A stretch of DNA of 62,167 nucleotides, counting the filler, from Hausera hauseri (Eukaryota): NCBI GenBank assembly GCA_046269625.1. It is 12 parts of 12 records of this genome, joined end to end, with 100 filler letters (N's around TTAATTAATTAA, not from the genome) between each part and the next. Parts side by side here need not be neighbours in the genome. Positions count along the whole stretch, not along the records: positions 20,466 to 25,729 come from JBJURY010295502.1; positions 25,830 to 30,544 come from JBJURY010464133.1; positions 30,645 to 34,943 come from JBJURY010649441.1; positions 35,044 to 39,077 come from JBJURY010805421.1; 8 more parts are not named here. One strand, written 5' to 3'. The position numbers and the translations under genes were made by a program. The notes beneath the pieces are model-generated. The model had not been told where the DNA came from. It searched no databases and saw nothing but the letters and a program-made list of their open reading frames with translations. Shown here one piece after another: positions 23,130 to 36,729 of the stretch; within the stretch, counting starts at the first letter, position 1; the number at the start of each line of letters is the position of its first letter.

Positions 23130-25729
23130 CGCCCCCGCTGTACTGCATCCCTTTTCTCTTATTTCCAATAATAAACGTGTACATATTGAGGGTTGCATAC
23201 AAACATACTAAACATCCTTTATTGTGCATTGTCTTCCTTTTTCAGCTCCTCCGATTTTTATTGCATGCACAATGGGCTAACTCTTACCTTCCGACTCTGT
23301 CATTTTTTGCATCCAGGAAACATTCAATGATTCTTACTATCCATTTTCGTATCCGTAGTGGATCAGACCCTGACCCTTCTGCCGAAAACTTAACTAAAAC
23401 CAGATCTGGTTGTCGTCCTGCCGACCCCACACCGATTACATCTCCAAATCTTTCTTGCAGTTTTTTTCTCGACAAGACTAATTCGAGTCGTACATGGTTA
23501 CAATTCCATTTGCAATGGATTAAAGCCAATTATATCACAGACTCCTTTTTGCGGGCGAACAGTTTGCTGCTACTACTTCCAGCTAATATCAAGCTGCAAA
23601 TCAACAATCTTGCTGACATACTTTTTTAAGTCCATATGATATGCTTTATGAATCAGTTCTGCATATCACCGACCTTTCCATTGACAGCATAATTCAGAAA
23701 TTCTTTAACGAACATGCCATCGGAAATCAAAAACCATCGGATTTCCTGAAAACTGCAATAACTCAACTGAGTTTGTTAAGCGTCACTGCTATAAAAAATG
23801 CCCATCTTTGTCGGTATTTTCTTTTATCCTTGCCGACCTCCTTCAGAGCGCTGCTCACTGTAATAGACGACTCAGCGGCCCATGAAAAGCTCGCCTTATT
23901 AGCAGACAAAAGCTTTGACATTTTGAAATCTAATAGTTCGCAACCAGTAACAAGCAACCGCTCACACACAGATAACATTTCATTTTCACAACAATTGCAA
24001 ATGATGCAGCAACCGTTTGACGATTTTGGCCATTACTACCCAACTATATCTTAATGGGCCTCGACGGAGCGAGGCATTTCCAGACACTGTTCGATCCATT
24101 TCACCTGGTGGACGAATGACATGTTTCTATCGCACGCGACTTTGAAGGGATACTAGGAAATGTTTTTTGGGTTGTCGGTTCTACATCGAACGGTACGTTG
24201 TGGACAACCCCATTTGCGTCTATCACAATAAGTTTCAGTCACGGGCTTGATCATGTGTGCCTGGTTGTAAATATTACAACGATAAATCTTGCTTTTCCTC
24301 CTCCTCTTCCTTTTCTCCAAAATCTTCAAAAAATTAGTACCGCCGCCAGATTTTACGGCACATTTTGGCGCAGGCAATATCGCTCAATCTTCTGGTCGTT
24401 TCAACACCGCCTCTGAAGTTTTTCTGTTGAAAGCTGTACTGTTATTTAGAGATACTTCACATATCGACTTCCTTATAGACTCAGGAGCTGCCTTTTTGCT
24501 CCTTCGGTTGTCCTTCGTTTCTACATCGGCTGATTTCCTGTCCACTGTTTTTCACTTCTAGTGGTCAACCGTTGAGCGTTGCTGGAACTACGGAATTGAC
24601 TTTCACATTCGCCAACTTGCCAGATAAGTTTGACTAGAAGTTCCACGTGGCCAACATTAAATCTCTTATAATGGGCCGCACATGATCTATTGGTCGATTG
24701 CAAATACAGCTGTCTTTTAATCTGGAACTCAATTGCAACTCCAAACATGTCTCGTAGACAACTTAGCGAGTAATTCACTGCACTCATCTATGAACCTGTT
24801 GAACGCTTTGTCATTTATAAAAAAACTTCCGATGAAGTCGCCAATATTTCCATTATGAACGACAATTATAAATCTATCCTAATAAAAAATTCAAATTAGA
24901 CGTCGACTCTAGCGATGCCATCTGCTTTTCGTCAATCACTGGAACTGTTCTCTCTAATGATATGCCTCATTCATTCTTATCTCTAGACTCCGATCTTAAA
25001 TCATACGTCACGTCTTGCTTTCGCATACTTAAAAGGGACGTCAACTTCAAGCTTCCGTCCACAACTTATCATCACAGTAACAGCATCAGAGGCCGATCAA
25101 ACAAAAGATCAGACCTTTGTCGCAACACAGACGTAAAGCTGTGGAACAGGATTTTAATGAACTGGAAAGGTCTGGCATCATTCGGAGATCGATTTCACCG
25201 TGGGCTTTTCTTCCTGTGGTGGTAAAGAAAGATGGTACCTATAGGCCATATGGCGACTATCGACTATTGAACAATCTAACTATTACTGATGCCTATCCAC
25301 TACCACTCATTAAACATTCTTCATGGCCTCAACAACACCAATACTTATTCTACCATTGATCTGCACAAGGCCTACCATCAAATTCCTGTTGCTCCTGATG
25401 ACATTCCAAAAACTGCTGTCATCACACCATTTGGCCTTTCCGAATACATATTCATGCCTTTCGGCCTACGTAGTGCATCTCAGACTTTTCAGCGCCACAT
25501 TGACACTGTTATTTCTGGTCTTGATTTCGCTCACCCATACATAGATGACATATTAGTCGCTTCCAGCTCCATCACACAACATCATAAGCACCTTAGAATT
25601 ATCTTCCACAGATTGTGTCAAAGCAACCTGCAAATTAATTTCGCCAAATGCAATTTCTTCCAGAATCGCGTCAACTACGTAGGCCACAATCACTCCCGAA
25701 AGGCATTCTCCCCAGCCCGATCGCTTACA
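23130..25729 (+). mobile_element. Ty3/Gypsy retrotransposon: 5' leader, gag, protease, RT (truncated, decayed)
   Basis: Gag IGNQKPSDFL, LP...RALL...LALLAD and a decayed CFY...KC...C knuckle; protease FLIDSGA; RT GDYRLLN, IDLHKAYHQIP, MPFGL, YIDD. Homologous to 49564-54062. Confidence 0.92.
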
Positions 25730-25964
25730 NNNNNNNNNNNNNNNNNNNNNNNNNNNNNNNNNNNNNNNNNNNNTTAATTAATTAANNNNNNNNNNNNNNN
25801 NNNNNNNNNNNNNNNNNNNNNNNNNNNNNAGAAGATACACATGCCTTTAGCTCCTAAGGAAGAAAAATTCCATATTATATTGAGCGGGGACAGCTAGGAA
25901 ACCATGTATGGAGATTTCGAATATTACGTCAGATATTCTCATGCGAAAAAAATTTTTCACCAAA

Positions 25965-26680
25965 TATCGAACTGAGCATTATTCGAAACATCTGATGACG
26001 TCATTCGATTCCCCATGTCCTAAACCCCTATAACCATTTAAATTATTCCATGAAAATATACTATATAAATATAAAATCAATAAATCGAATTAAGCCAAAT
26101 GCACATTTTATGCTCAATGAAGCAGAAATCGAAAAACCTTTAAGCGGGATTGGATAGGAAACAATATATGAGGAATCGGAATATGACGTCAAATATTCGA
26201 ATACATTTTTCAAATCGATTATTTAGCTATTNNNNNNNNNNTATTCGAACTCGAAAACTCGGCCAAGCATAAATTATTCAAAGAATCTGATGTGCCCAAT
26301 AGATTCCCCATGTGTGAATACCTACAACAAAATCGAAATCGGCGCGGTACAGTGCACCGGTGTTCATTAAATCAAAGTTTTCCAATAAGTTAAAATTATG
26401 TAACAAATATTATGTAATTCAATGTTGTTTGTTTTATTTTAATTTATTGTGAAATCTTAAAATGTGAATTTGAATTTGAAGCTCGCCGATATATATAAAT
26501 CTTTAAGCACAGTCAGACAGTACATCATATATGGAGAATCCGAATCCGATATCAGATATTCGAAAGCAAGTTTCCGAATCGAATAATTATCGACTCGAAG
26601 TCGAAAAATCGATCAAGCGTAAGCTATTCGAATCATCTGACCAGTTCATTATATTCCTCACTCATGAAAACCTTAATGAA
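25965..26680 (+). repeat. Three degenerate dispersed ~60-bp repeats
   Basis: tattcgaaacatctgatg...gattccccatg (~25980), tattcaaagaatctgatg...gattccccatg (~26275) and tattcgaatcatctgacc...tattcctcac (~26624). Confidence 0.55.
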
Positions 26681-26917
26681 ATTTTAAATTTGGTGCCGTG
26701 CAGTACATGCAATTGATGCATTAAAAGACATTGTTCTAGAATATTCCAAAATCAAATAAAATTCAAATTTACAAGATTAATAAATTCAAGTTGAATTTAT
26801 AAAATCCACAAACGCAGCAGTGTGCGTTGACATAGCTATATTTTTCATTATTTCAGAGATCATTTCCATGAATGGGTCTTTAATTATGCTCAACAAATAA
26901 TTGATATATTTTTAGAC

Positions 26918-28029
26918 TTGCAAATCATGCAAAGATTGTATGGCTCGGTTTCACGACAGAATGGCCACAATGTGATAAAAAAGTATTTCAGTCACCTTTA
27001 CAACAGGACTGAATATTACATATATCCTACATGTGAGGTAATGTGCCGAACTAGTTACGAGAACTTCTACAATGTCCATAAACAACATCTGACTTCTTAT
27101 ACCAAGTCGAAGAAACAGATTCAATACGAATATGCCGATGATATCTTACATTCCTCAGGAAATTCAAAATTGCAGTGCATACATGTATTGCACATCTGCA
27201 ATACAGTCATTATACAATGCAGCGCTACTGTGGATACATTCAACAGGATCCAATATTATATTTGCTCAGGATGCGAGACTGGATGTGATGCAGAATACAT
27301 CCAGTTTTATGAAGATCACAAGGTTCATTTAACAGACTTCCAATCAAAGTCCAAGAAGATCATCTTCAATGAGCGATATAATCATGTTGTTGAATCAGCA
27401 CAACCAGTTCCAGAGGCAGTACAGCCAGTTCCAGCCAGTTCCACACATGATTAAAAAGTACACCAAAAAGTCAAAGGCAGCGAGCAGTTGATACTGCAGC
27501 ATTTAAGAGCAAAATCCGCAGATGTCATATATCCAACTGATCAAAGAACGCTCCGAGTTTCTGGAATATACAAATGATAAAACCATGAGGATTTTCCAAG
27601 ACAACATGATGGAGGTCAAGGCCCTTAAATTCTAGTAAACATAAATAGATTGCTTGTCTTTGTACACAAGTACTCCCCCATGCGAAGCAGCTCCTATATA
27701 CAGCTTCCTGAATGGATCGCTAAGAAAAAAGCATGCATCAATGTCCATAATCATGATGCAATGTGTTTCAAATACTCCATTCTATCAAAACTCGTACTGG
27801 ATCAACATAATAATTCTCGAGTTTGGTTATATAATGATTTACAGCACAATTATGACTTTAAATGTATTACATTCCCATCTATAGATAAACTCAAAAAATT
27901 CAGCCGACTTAATAATATATCCATCAATACCTTTGGATTGAAGGAAGATAAATTCTATCCGCTACAAATGTGATGCCTAATTGGAAGATCATACGGATCA
28001 GCTCCTGCTATATGATGGAGAAAAGAAAC
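26918..28029 (+). pseudogene. N-terminal region of a second Polinton-type PolB, preceded by two zinc-finger-like repeats
   Basis: AAFKSKIR, then YSPMRSSSYIQLPEWIAKKKACINVHNHDAMCFKYSIL, ITFP, NNISINTFG and QLLL. Homologous to ~12130-12520. Confidence 0.8.
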
Positions 28030-28370
28030 TGTTAGAACCCGACTGACTAGTTGGGTAATCCGGAAGACATGAGGCATAGATAAGAAAGAGGATGAATATA
28101 GTGTATATAAAGGTATGTGAGTGTGTGTATATGTACAGAATGGAGTGAGCGAATGGTGACGTTATATAGATATATTGAACATATATTTTTAGGTTTATCA
28201 TGTAAATTTGTGTGGGATTGAGCTTGTTTGTAAAAAACCTGCGTGCTTCAAAATGTAAAATAGGTGTGGAAATAGAAAAGAGAATGTGTTGCGACTGTTA
28301 TAAATAAATAGCCCGGATCGACATTTAGGAGAACCGGAGGACGAGAGCAGCCTTGGTTATTTATTCCATA
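28030..28370 (+). mobile_element. Possible solo LTR interrupting the PolB fragment
   Basis: PolB homology stops at TGTTAG; TATA-like tatataaa and AATAAA follow. No clean CA end or target-site duplication found. Confidence 0.3.
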
Positions 28371-28619
28371 CTGATCTTGACTCCATTCTACTGCTTAACG
28401 AACTTGTATCTGTCGTCAAACAAATTTGAGTCTACTCGATAGTCATTGCGTGCTGTAAGAGAAAAAGAAACAGTTGAATTACTTATCGCTCATTACCTGT
28501 TGAAGGAAAACTAGCCTCTAGTGACAGTATCAAAAGCAAAATTCAAGTAGCCGTTACTGCTGCAGACGGTGCCGTGCCCTAATCATCAATATTGGAATTA
28601 TCGGAAATCCGATATAGAT

Positions 28620-28822
28620 TTTGTCACACTTGTACATGTGCTGCACACCCACACTGTGCACTAATCGATGTGCACTGATGTGCACTATCGATTAGCACTT
28701 TGTCCCGATCGAATAGATCAATTGTGCAATGTGCGGCACCGTCGTCTAGCACAATACCGATCGATAGTGCAGTGTGCACTATCGATTAGCACGTGCACTA
28801 TCGATTTATCGATTCGCACACT
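28620..28822. repeat. Palindromic micro-repeat cluster (GTGCAC/ATCGAT), MITE-like
   Basis: Repeated tgtgcactatcgat-like units in both orientations. Confidence 0.6.
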
Positions 28823-29929
28823 CCCGGAGGTGAGGCAGACTTCTCATTTTTCCCCTACTGACATGATTATATTTTTATTACTTCAAAAATCCTTTCGGAA
28901 AATGGTAAGTTTTTATTCTGCTTTCCTGAAAATTTCTATACCAATTTAGAATTGCGAAATTGGAAATATTGATGTGACACTTGGTCACGCGATTGATGAT
29001 GTGTTGAACTTTCCAAACTGTCAGAGAAAAACGGTATATCTGATTGATTACATTAGAAAGTTGAAGTAGTTGGATATTACATATCCTTATGGAGATGATG
29101 AGATCAAAATGGTAGGTGTGAAGCCCATAACGCAATCAACTGTTCAAATGTAAAGAGTACAAGATTCCTTAAATGAAGGTTTCAAGAAATTATATGGAAT
29201 AAAATATAAGTTTTTTAAAATGTGCAAGAACTGTAGAACGACAGGATCCAGTATACAATAGGCAGAGCAACTATGGATACCATGTAAAGTACATTTCAGA
29301 TAATAACTACATAAATCTGACTGCTGAATTACAAGCCACTGGAACAAGTCCTGATAAGTTAATTGATGATAGAGATGAATGTTTCCGCTCTGATTCGATA
29401 AAATTCGAGGATTTTATGGCCTTTGAGATATCAGCAATGGATCTATTTCAATACACAATGGCATAGGTTAAAGTGGCATCCAAGGAATAAAAGAAAAGGA
29501 TGGGAAAAGCCAACCCATCTGGAAACTTGTTGAACTTCGTTGTTAAAATTTAGTTAATAAATCTTGTTAGTATTATTCTTGATTTTTGATAACAAACGTT
29601 AACTATATAGTTTTAAATAAAAATTGATTTAGATGATAAAATTAAGCGATTCACAAATGAGATATGTATGGGAAAATTGATTGTGTCCAGTTCCTGAATG
29701 AATTACAAGGTTATCAACCTTTAACAAAAGATGACTATATAGAACTTGTAGTTCGAACAATATGTATAAGAAACATTAAAGAAGAATTTAAAAGCCAGAA
29801 ATATTTTACTTGTATGTAGTATTCTTACAGGTGCAATTGTAATATTTTAATCACGTGTTGTGCGTTACTAAATGTTTTACACTTGTATTTGTTATAAACA
29901 AAATTGATACACACAGGTAACAAAACAAT

Positions 29930-30530
29930 AGATCTTAATAGCAATGCAGTATTCCAGATAGTTGGACCTTGTGGTAGTGGGAAATCCACTTTGTATATCA
30001 GATATTTCAGACACAGGACGCGTTTAAAAACAAGTTTAATAGGATCTTTTGGCATCAAGGTAGATGCGGGGAAATTGGACTAACAACATGAATTTTGTAA
30101 ATTAAAAGGCCTAAAGGTCATCAATGGATTTGATGAAAACTGGTCTTCGCGTGTAATAAAAGGTGGTGTTATGGTAATTAGCGATCTTTTCCAGAAGGTA
30201 AATAAGGAATCTAATTTCAATAATTTGTTTACAAAGATCGCAAGGCATAGAGAGGTTACGGTAATATTCATTACTCAAAACCTTTTCATCATAGAGGTAA
30301 TCATCGTACGAAGAATTTGAATGGCCATTACATGGTCATATTGAAAAAACCACGAGAACAAACCGTAATTGATTATTTGGCTAGACAAGCATTTCCTCAG
30401 AATAAAAAATATATTGTAGATGCATTCATGGATGCAACAAGAAAACCACATGGATACCTCTTCAAAGACTTTAATTAACAAAGCAGTGATGATGAACGAT
30501 TTAAAACAAATATATTCCATCCTAAATGCA
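29930..30530 (+). pseudogene. Polinton/Maverick packaging ATPase (A32/FtsK-like)
   Basis: Walker A IVGPCGSGKST; LFTKIARHREVTVIFITQNLF; LNGHYMVILKKPRE; LARQAFP; AFMDATRKPHGYL; frameshifted. Confidence 0.88.
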
Positions 30531-30644
30531 TTACGATCGATAAANNNNNNNNNNNNNNNNNNNNNNNNNNNNNNNNNNNNNNNNNNNNTTAATTAATTAA
30601 NNNNNNNNNNNNNNNNNNNNNNNNNNNNNNNNNNNNNNNNNNNN

Positions 30645-32110
30645 TACAATTTTCTTTCTTTCTTTTTTTTTTTTTTTCCCAAAATGAGAAACAGGGAGGG
30701 GCAGTCAGACAGACCCCCACACGCACTGGACCGTGATTCCCCCGGCGTGTCCACCAGGGGGTGGTGCTCTGCCACATTCAGAGCCATTTTCATACCTTAA
30801 CCCCCCCGCCATCCTCCGTTATGTGTGCTTGTGGTCTGCGTGGCTCTGAACGTGTGAGTGTGTTTGTGCCGTACCCCGAGGAGAAAAGACAGGCACAAGA
30901 GCATGAAATCCAGCAAACCTTCTAATTCCTGCCTGAATTTACGGCTCTCGGATACATGTCATGCTTAGCCTAAACAAACGGTCCTTTGTCACTGACAGCA
31001 GCCTTTGATCACAGCCAGTCGGATTCACCGTCTAGCTGCCGCACCGGATCTGCCCTGATACACACACACGCGTGCGCACACACACGCAGTCCTAAGGTGC
31101 ACCTGAAAGGATACACCCTCTTCCTGAAGTCTAAGCTGTGTTCTCCCTCACATTTCATTTTATTCTGAACTTTTGACCCCTTACCACACACCCGGCCCTT
31201 CGCAGGGCCCCACCGGGTGACTGACAGCCGCGAGGGAGTTATCGAGCCGTGGGAGGAGAAAAGGAGGGAGGTGAGGCTCTAGAGGTCAACCACCAGCAAG
31301 CATCGGAGAGAGTTCAACATCTGAAAAGTTACACAAGCTGACGTGACCCCCCCTCCCTGTACAAACTGCCAAGGCCACTGCCAGGAGAGCTGATGTTCCC
31401 ACCTGTCGGCTGTCTTGTTGGAAGTGATTCCCTGCAGATTCCATTAGGATAAAAAGTTACACTTTTGGCTGGTTTGATCTGAAATGAGGACTGTGGTGGG
31501 ATTCTTTTTAAGCTGTCAGCCTGAGGGACATGTAAATGTGTGTGCGAGCGGAATAGCGAGTGATTTAGCATGTCGCTGGCGGCCTGTTGGACTGACAGTA
31601 ACGCTGGCTGACTTGGGCACACAAGGGGGGTGAATACTAGCAGCGCTCGTGTAACAGAGACACACAGGCAGGTACTGTTCTCCTGCTGAGCTCGAAACAA
31701 ACCGCTGTTGACATCCCTGTCACCGGCGCTCATTTCCAGCGCTCAATGAGATTAGACTCAACTGGCGGCGGTAGAGACAGAGGCATCAAATTAAGTGAAC
31801 GCGGCTGACAGTGAGCATGTTTGCTGCGCTGGCTTTCTGCAGGCTGTTTTCTTCCGCTTTGCTTCGCATGAAATGTTATCTTTCTGCCTGCATTCCAAGA
31901 GGAGGGATCAAAGATTAAACTCGGGGCAGATCTGGAGAGCCGGTTTGAAGAGCGAGTGCTCTGAAAGATGGAACAAGAAATTAAACAGATGCGGCCTGGC
32001 AGATGGAGTAATGGAGTATGGCCTATCTTGGAAGTTGTCATCCTTCGAGTAGAATAATCATAAATTTGATGAGAACTGCTGCACCAACTCATTACAATCC
32101 ATTTCGTTTT
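30645..32110. other. Vertebrate/teleost-like non-coding DNA
   Basis: About 50% GC by eye, with CA microsatellite and CAG/CTG-rich composition like 1-700, unlike the AT-rich remainder of the contig. No credible ORF. Confidence 0.55.
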
Positions 32111-32729
32111 ATTATAACGCATTGCTACTTTTGTTCATATATTATCTGCAAAAGAATGTAACAATAAATTACCTCATGTGACGGGGGATAAATTCTGATT
32201 CACCCAGTCGAGGGAAAATAAATAAATACCAATTCCAATTCACCCAATAGACTTTCACAAATAGACTTTTGTTTTAACGCATCAATTTAATAAAAGGTGT
32301 TTGAATATTTTGTCGGAAATTCAGACAGTAAACAATAATTTACGTTATAGGTTTACAGAAAACAACCTAGTTATTCAACATTGGAGAAAATGTGTACATA
32401 GACGATCATCTGTTTCCAGTAAATATAAGTTTGGCATCAAGTTTATCTTGTTGTTATATGTCAACACAAATTGCACATGAATACAATTTTCATCGAAACT
32501 GTCCATCTAAATCGACGTCGGTTACCAAATTCTAGACGTACTTGCATTTCTGAGTATTACAGCTTATTTACTCAACCAACTGTAACCCATGTGCTGTAAT
32601 TGTATCACTGTAAATACTCTTATTCTATAGTTCTTGATTGATTTGTTTACGTTTAATACTAAATTTTAATTTTTTAAATAAAAATTAACTGTTTAAATTC
32701 ACTGTTTTGAAAGAAAATAAAACCGCATA

Positions 32730-33228
32730 CGACTGTTTCATCAGAAGGTAAGGTTATGGTAACATTTTTTTTGGGGGGGGGTTACAAAGGCGTTTTGTTG
32801 ATGGATTATCTCCAGAAAAATAAACCAATTAATTCTGAATATTATTGCAACCTTTTGGATTGGTTGAATTCAAAATTTCGTGAGAAAAGACCCGTTTTAA
32901 AGAAAATAAAAGTCATTTTTCATCAAGACAATGCATGTGTTCACACAAATGTTTGAAGTACGAATTGTTTGAACATCCAGCATATTCACCAGATGTGACT
33001 CCCTCTGAGTTTTATCTGTTTCCAAACCTGAAAAAAATCCTGGCTGGATAGCGTTTTACGTCAAATGACGAGGCTATTGCAGCTGTAAATGGATATTTTG
33101 CAGACCTTCCAGAATCACACTTTCATGATGGTATTGAATTATTAGAACAACGTTGGAAGAAATGTATTGAGATTTTGCGTTAAAAATTTTTTCTTTCATT
33201 GTTAGGCCGAGAACTTTTCAAACTGCAC
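32730..33228 (+). mobile_element. Mariner transposase C-terminal remnant with right end
   Basis: GKVMVTFF, DYLQKNKPINSEYY, FHQDNA, HPAYSPDVTPSEFYLFPNLK, RWKKCIE; the terminus taggccgagaacttttca resembles mariner TIR regions. Confidence 0.9.
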
Positions 33229-35143
33229 TTTTCGCATTGTATTTATAAGTACTTTTCATGACAGTAATGTTGCTTACGCCTATCCATTCCTAATTCCTGT
33301 ATGAAACCTAAATTATTATAAGTTTGCTGAAAGTTGATTTTAGATCAATGAAATGAACGGAAGTTAATGGGTTCAAAAATTCTGGTTGGTGAAATATGAA
33401 AAATACAAATTCTTACAAATGGTTCCTTACATATTTCCGATTATTTTTTTTAAATCTTATAACTGCTAACCAAGAAAAGCTTTCATGTACTTTGTTTAAG
33501 TCCATTTTTACAGAAAAAATATGACATGAGGAAAATTGTCATTAGTAGATTAATTATCAAAAACTAACAAACAGTGATGAAAACGAAAGCACCGAATGTT
33601 GTAACAAATGAGGACTGGATGCATACAGAACAAGTTGCGATGTTGAGAACTTGTGCATCAAACAATGGTGATCTGTGTTGACATGAAAATGAGTAAGCAT
33701 CTTGTAAACATAAAAGTTCATAAAAAGAGTTTATTACATTTTCCGAATATTATCATCGAATAATTCGATACTATTAAATAATTCAACTGATTTCAATCGT
33801 CTCATAAATACAAAACGTTGCTAATATTACAAAATTAAAAAAATAACGAAAAATATATTTCTCTTCAAATTACAAAAGGAGCTTCTGTAAAGTATACAAT
33901 AATCACGAATTCTATTAAAGAATCCCATTCCAATCTGGTGAGAAATCCGTGGAAACTTTCCTATCAACAACTTGCATCATGATTCCTTCAAGAATATCAG
34001 AAACCTTTGTACTAACTGAATTATTCATTGGGTAATATGTTAGCTAACGGCAAAAATCATACAGAATTCTTTGTCAAAATCGGACGATTTCGAAAGAATC
34101 TTTTCTGTGACTTCCTTGGCGAGTTTCTTAAATGCCATCTATAGAAACGGTGATCAATCGCATTCCGCACATAACAACATATTGAAACGTTTTGAACTTT
34201 GACAAACATTTTCATTACTTTTCTCGAGTTAATATTCGTTTAATATTCGATTTAAAGTGTCTTCTTGACGTTCTGACGAACTAAAAACCATCCATCGAAT
34301 TATAGTCTGTGGTCAGTCATGTGCATAACCAAAATTTATACACGAGGGAATATGCTATTGTGAATTAAACCAATACATTTTAGATACGTAGTGGGGGAGG
34401 GGAGATTTGAACAAGTGTGAAATGTTGTTACATTTAAAAGCTATTACATTATTATAGGCCGAGGAATAATGCATTAGTACCGAATTCAAAATTGTCATTA
34501 GAATATGTTGAAATGTCACATATTTCAACTTTCTCAGCAACATTTTTTCCATATTAATTGACAGAGATTCACGAAATTAATCAAATAAACGAATTGTAAA
34601 AGAGTAAATGTCCATCAAACGTTATCCCGAGTTTCAAATATTTCATAACAGTATTGATCTGTGACGTGGACTTTTAGTTTATACAGCAATGAAAGTGTGA
34701 ATAAGACAAGCGGTGAAAAAGATAGTGGTATTGTTTCCATTCTACTTAAAATGTTGAGAATCACTGGCTTAAAAGGTCATCTTTGAAGAATGTTACTTCA
34801 GCTTAATAAAAAAACCCCGTCATCTTGATCTTATTCATTATATTAGAATTATATATTATTGGAATTCATTATAAATTAACAATATTATTTTTAGGTTTTT
34901 GTTAAAGTTAATCAGAGCATGCATTCTGTGGTGGGAAAGTAAANNNNNNNNNNNNNNNNNNNNNNNNNNNNNNNNNNNNNNNNNNNNTTAATTAATTAAN
35001 NNNNNNNNNNNNNNNNNNNNNNNNNNNNNNNNNNNNNNNNNNNTGATTTAATTGGCATACCATCATGAGCGTTCTCAGCTAAAAACACAAATAATAAAAG
35101 TTAAAAACATTATTTTTTGCCTTGCTCATTTCAATTGTAAATA

Positions 35144-36380
35144 CAGTGTCGCTCATATTAATCCGTTCACCCTAATTTTTATTAGATTTTTTAATACTGC
35201 AACGGTTTGCCGGCACCGACTTACGTGAAATAAATTTTTTATAAGAATGCATATTATTAAGTAATACCTAAGTAATACATGAGCAAGACAAGTAAAAGTA
35301 AATGACTCATTATCCATGCAGTGTATACATTACTATTATTTAGTTATTGGTCCGTTTTGAGAATGGATATGAACGTGAATTCTTGTAGGCGTACTGTCAG
35401 TAAGTCNNNNNNNNNNTTGTGTCGACCCAGATGTCTTGGAGCTGGGTTATCAACTATCGCCCATAGATTTTCGATGGGCGAAATGTCTGCAGAGTACTGG
35501 GACCGCTGAAGCACCTTCACATTAGAATTGGCTAAGTACTATCGGATGTGCTGCTGAATGGCAGAGTGCATTGTCCTATTGATAAATTCCGTTGCCATCA
35601 GGAAACCATGCACCCATCTGAGGGTTACATGGTATTTATCCGTGGTCATCGGTCCTTCAATGATAGATAATCGCCCCGTACTGTGGGCAGAAAGGCAAGC
35701 CCAACACATTACTCTTCAGAATCGGACGATGGGACACAGTATGGAGGCCAGTAATCCTCTGATGAACACCTCTACCAACATACTGGCATCTGGCGGACCC
35801 GACGTCAAAAGCACACGTCAGAAAATACAACTTTCCTCCACTGTGCAAATGACCCATCTTTGTGTTGCTTTGCCCGGTTCAGCAGCACTGTCATCCTCGC
35901 GGGGGTCAATAAAGGAGCCTTTGTGGGTCGATAATCAGTTCGTCCAAAACGCACAAGACATCATTTAATTATGGAAAGATGAACTTCTGACGCGTCGACG
36001 GCGACTCTGTCCTGCAACTAGCGCGCAGTTAGAAGCAGATTAATGGTGCTACATCTACACAGTAAGCGCTGAGTGCGCTTGGATAACTTTTGTGGCCATC
36101 AACATCTGCCATGACGAGATGTCTCTACATTACTGCTATTTTGATACTTGTGGATTATGTCTAGAACAGTTCGCTGTGGCTTATTAACAGTGTGCCCAAT
36201 TTTCCGAATGTTCAAACAACCACGATGATGATGAATAAGGTGACGTATGGCCGGCGGAATGTCCATTCGTTAAAGTACTGAAAATCTAAATACAAACGCA
36301 GTAGCAAATAACAACTATTTAAACAACTATTTAAAAATCGAATAAAAATTATATTGAGCGGATTAATATGAGCTATACTG
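35144..36380 (-). mobile_element. Tc1-like element with both TIRs and TA flanks; decayed transposase
   Basis: Left end TA|cagtgtcgctcatattaatccg, right end cggattaatatgagctatactg|TA. Minus-strand VMCWACLSAHSTGRLSIIEGPM and SADISPIENLW. Confidence 0.9.
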
Positions 36381-36729
36381 TATATATTAAGATGCCATTT
36401 AAAATGAGGTTTATAATTTCTAAGGTCTTATTACCCCATAAAATCAATCCTTGTGACACGATGTTTAACAAAAAGTATTTTTTTAAATTAAGCAACATTT
36501 ACCACTTGCTCAACGTTGATGACGTTTTATAAATTTACCACATAAATTATATATAATTCAATAACATAAATTTCTTAATTCTGTAACATAAAGGCTACTG
36601 TTAATCATTATAAAAAGCATTGAAAGCAGCTCTGTATGCATTTAGCACATAACATAGTTTTTTATAGATATATTAATTGTTTTCAGTTCTTGTAATTAGA
36701 AAGCCGCATTCATTGTGTGCTAATGTCGA

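Noticed and set aside
30986-32122. ORFs in the vertebrate-like block
   Set aside because: No recognisable domains and overlapping on both strands; consistent with non-coding DNA.
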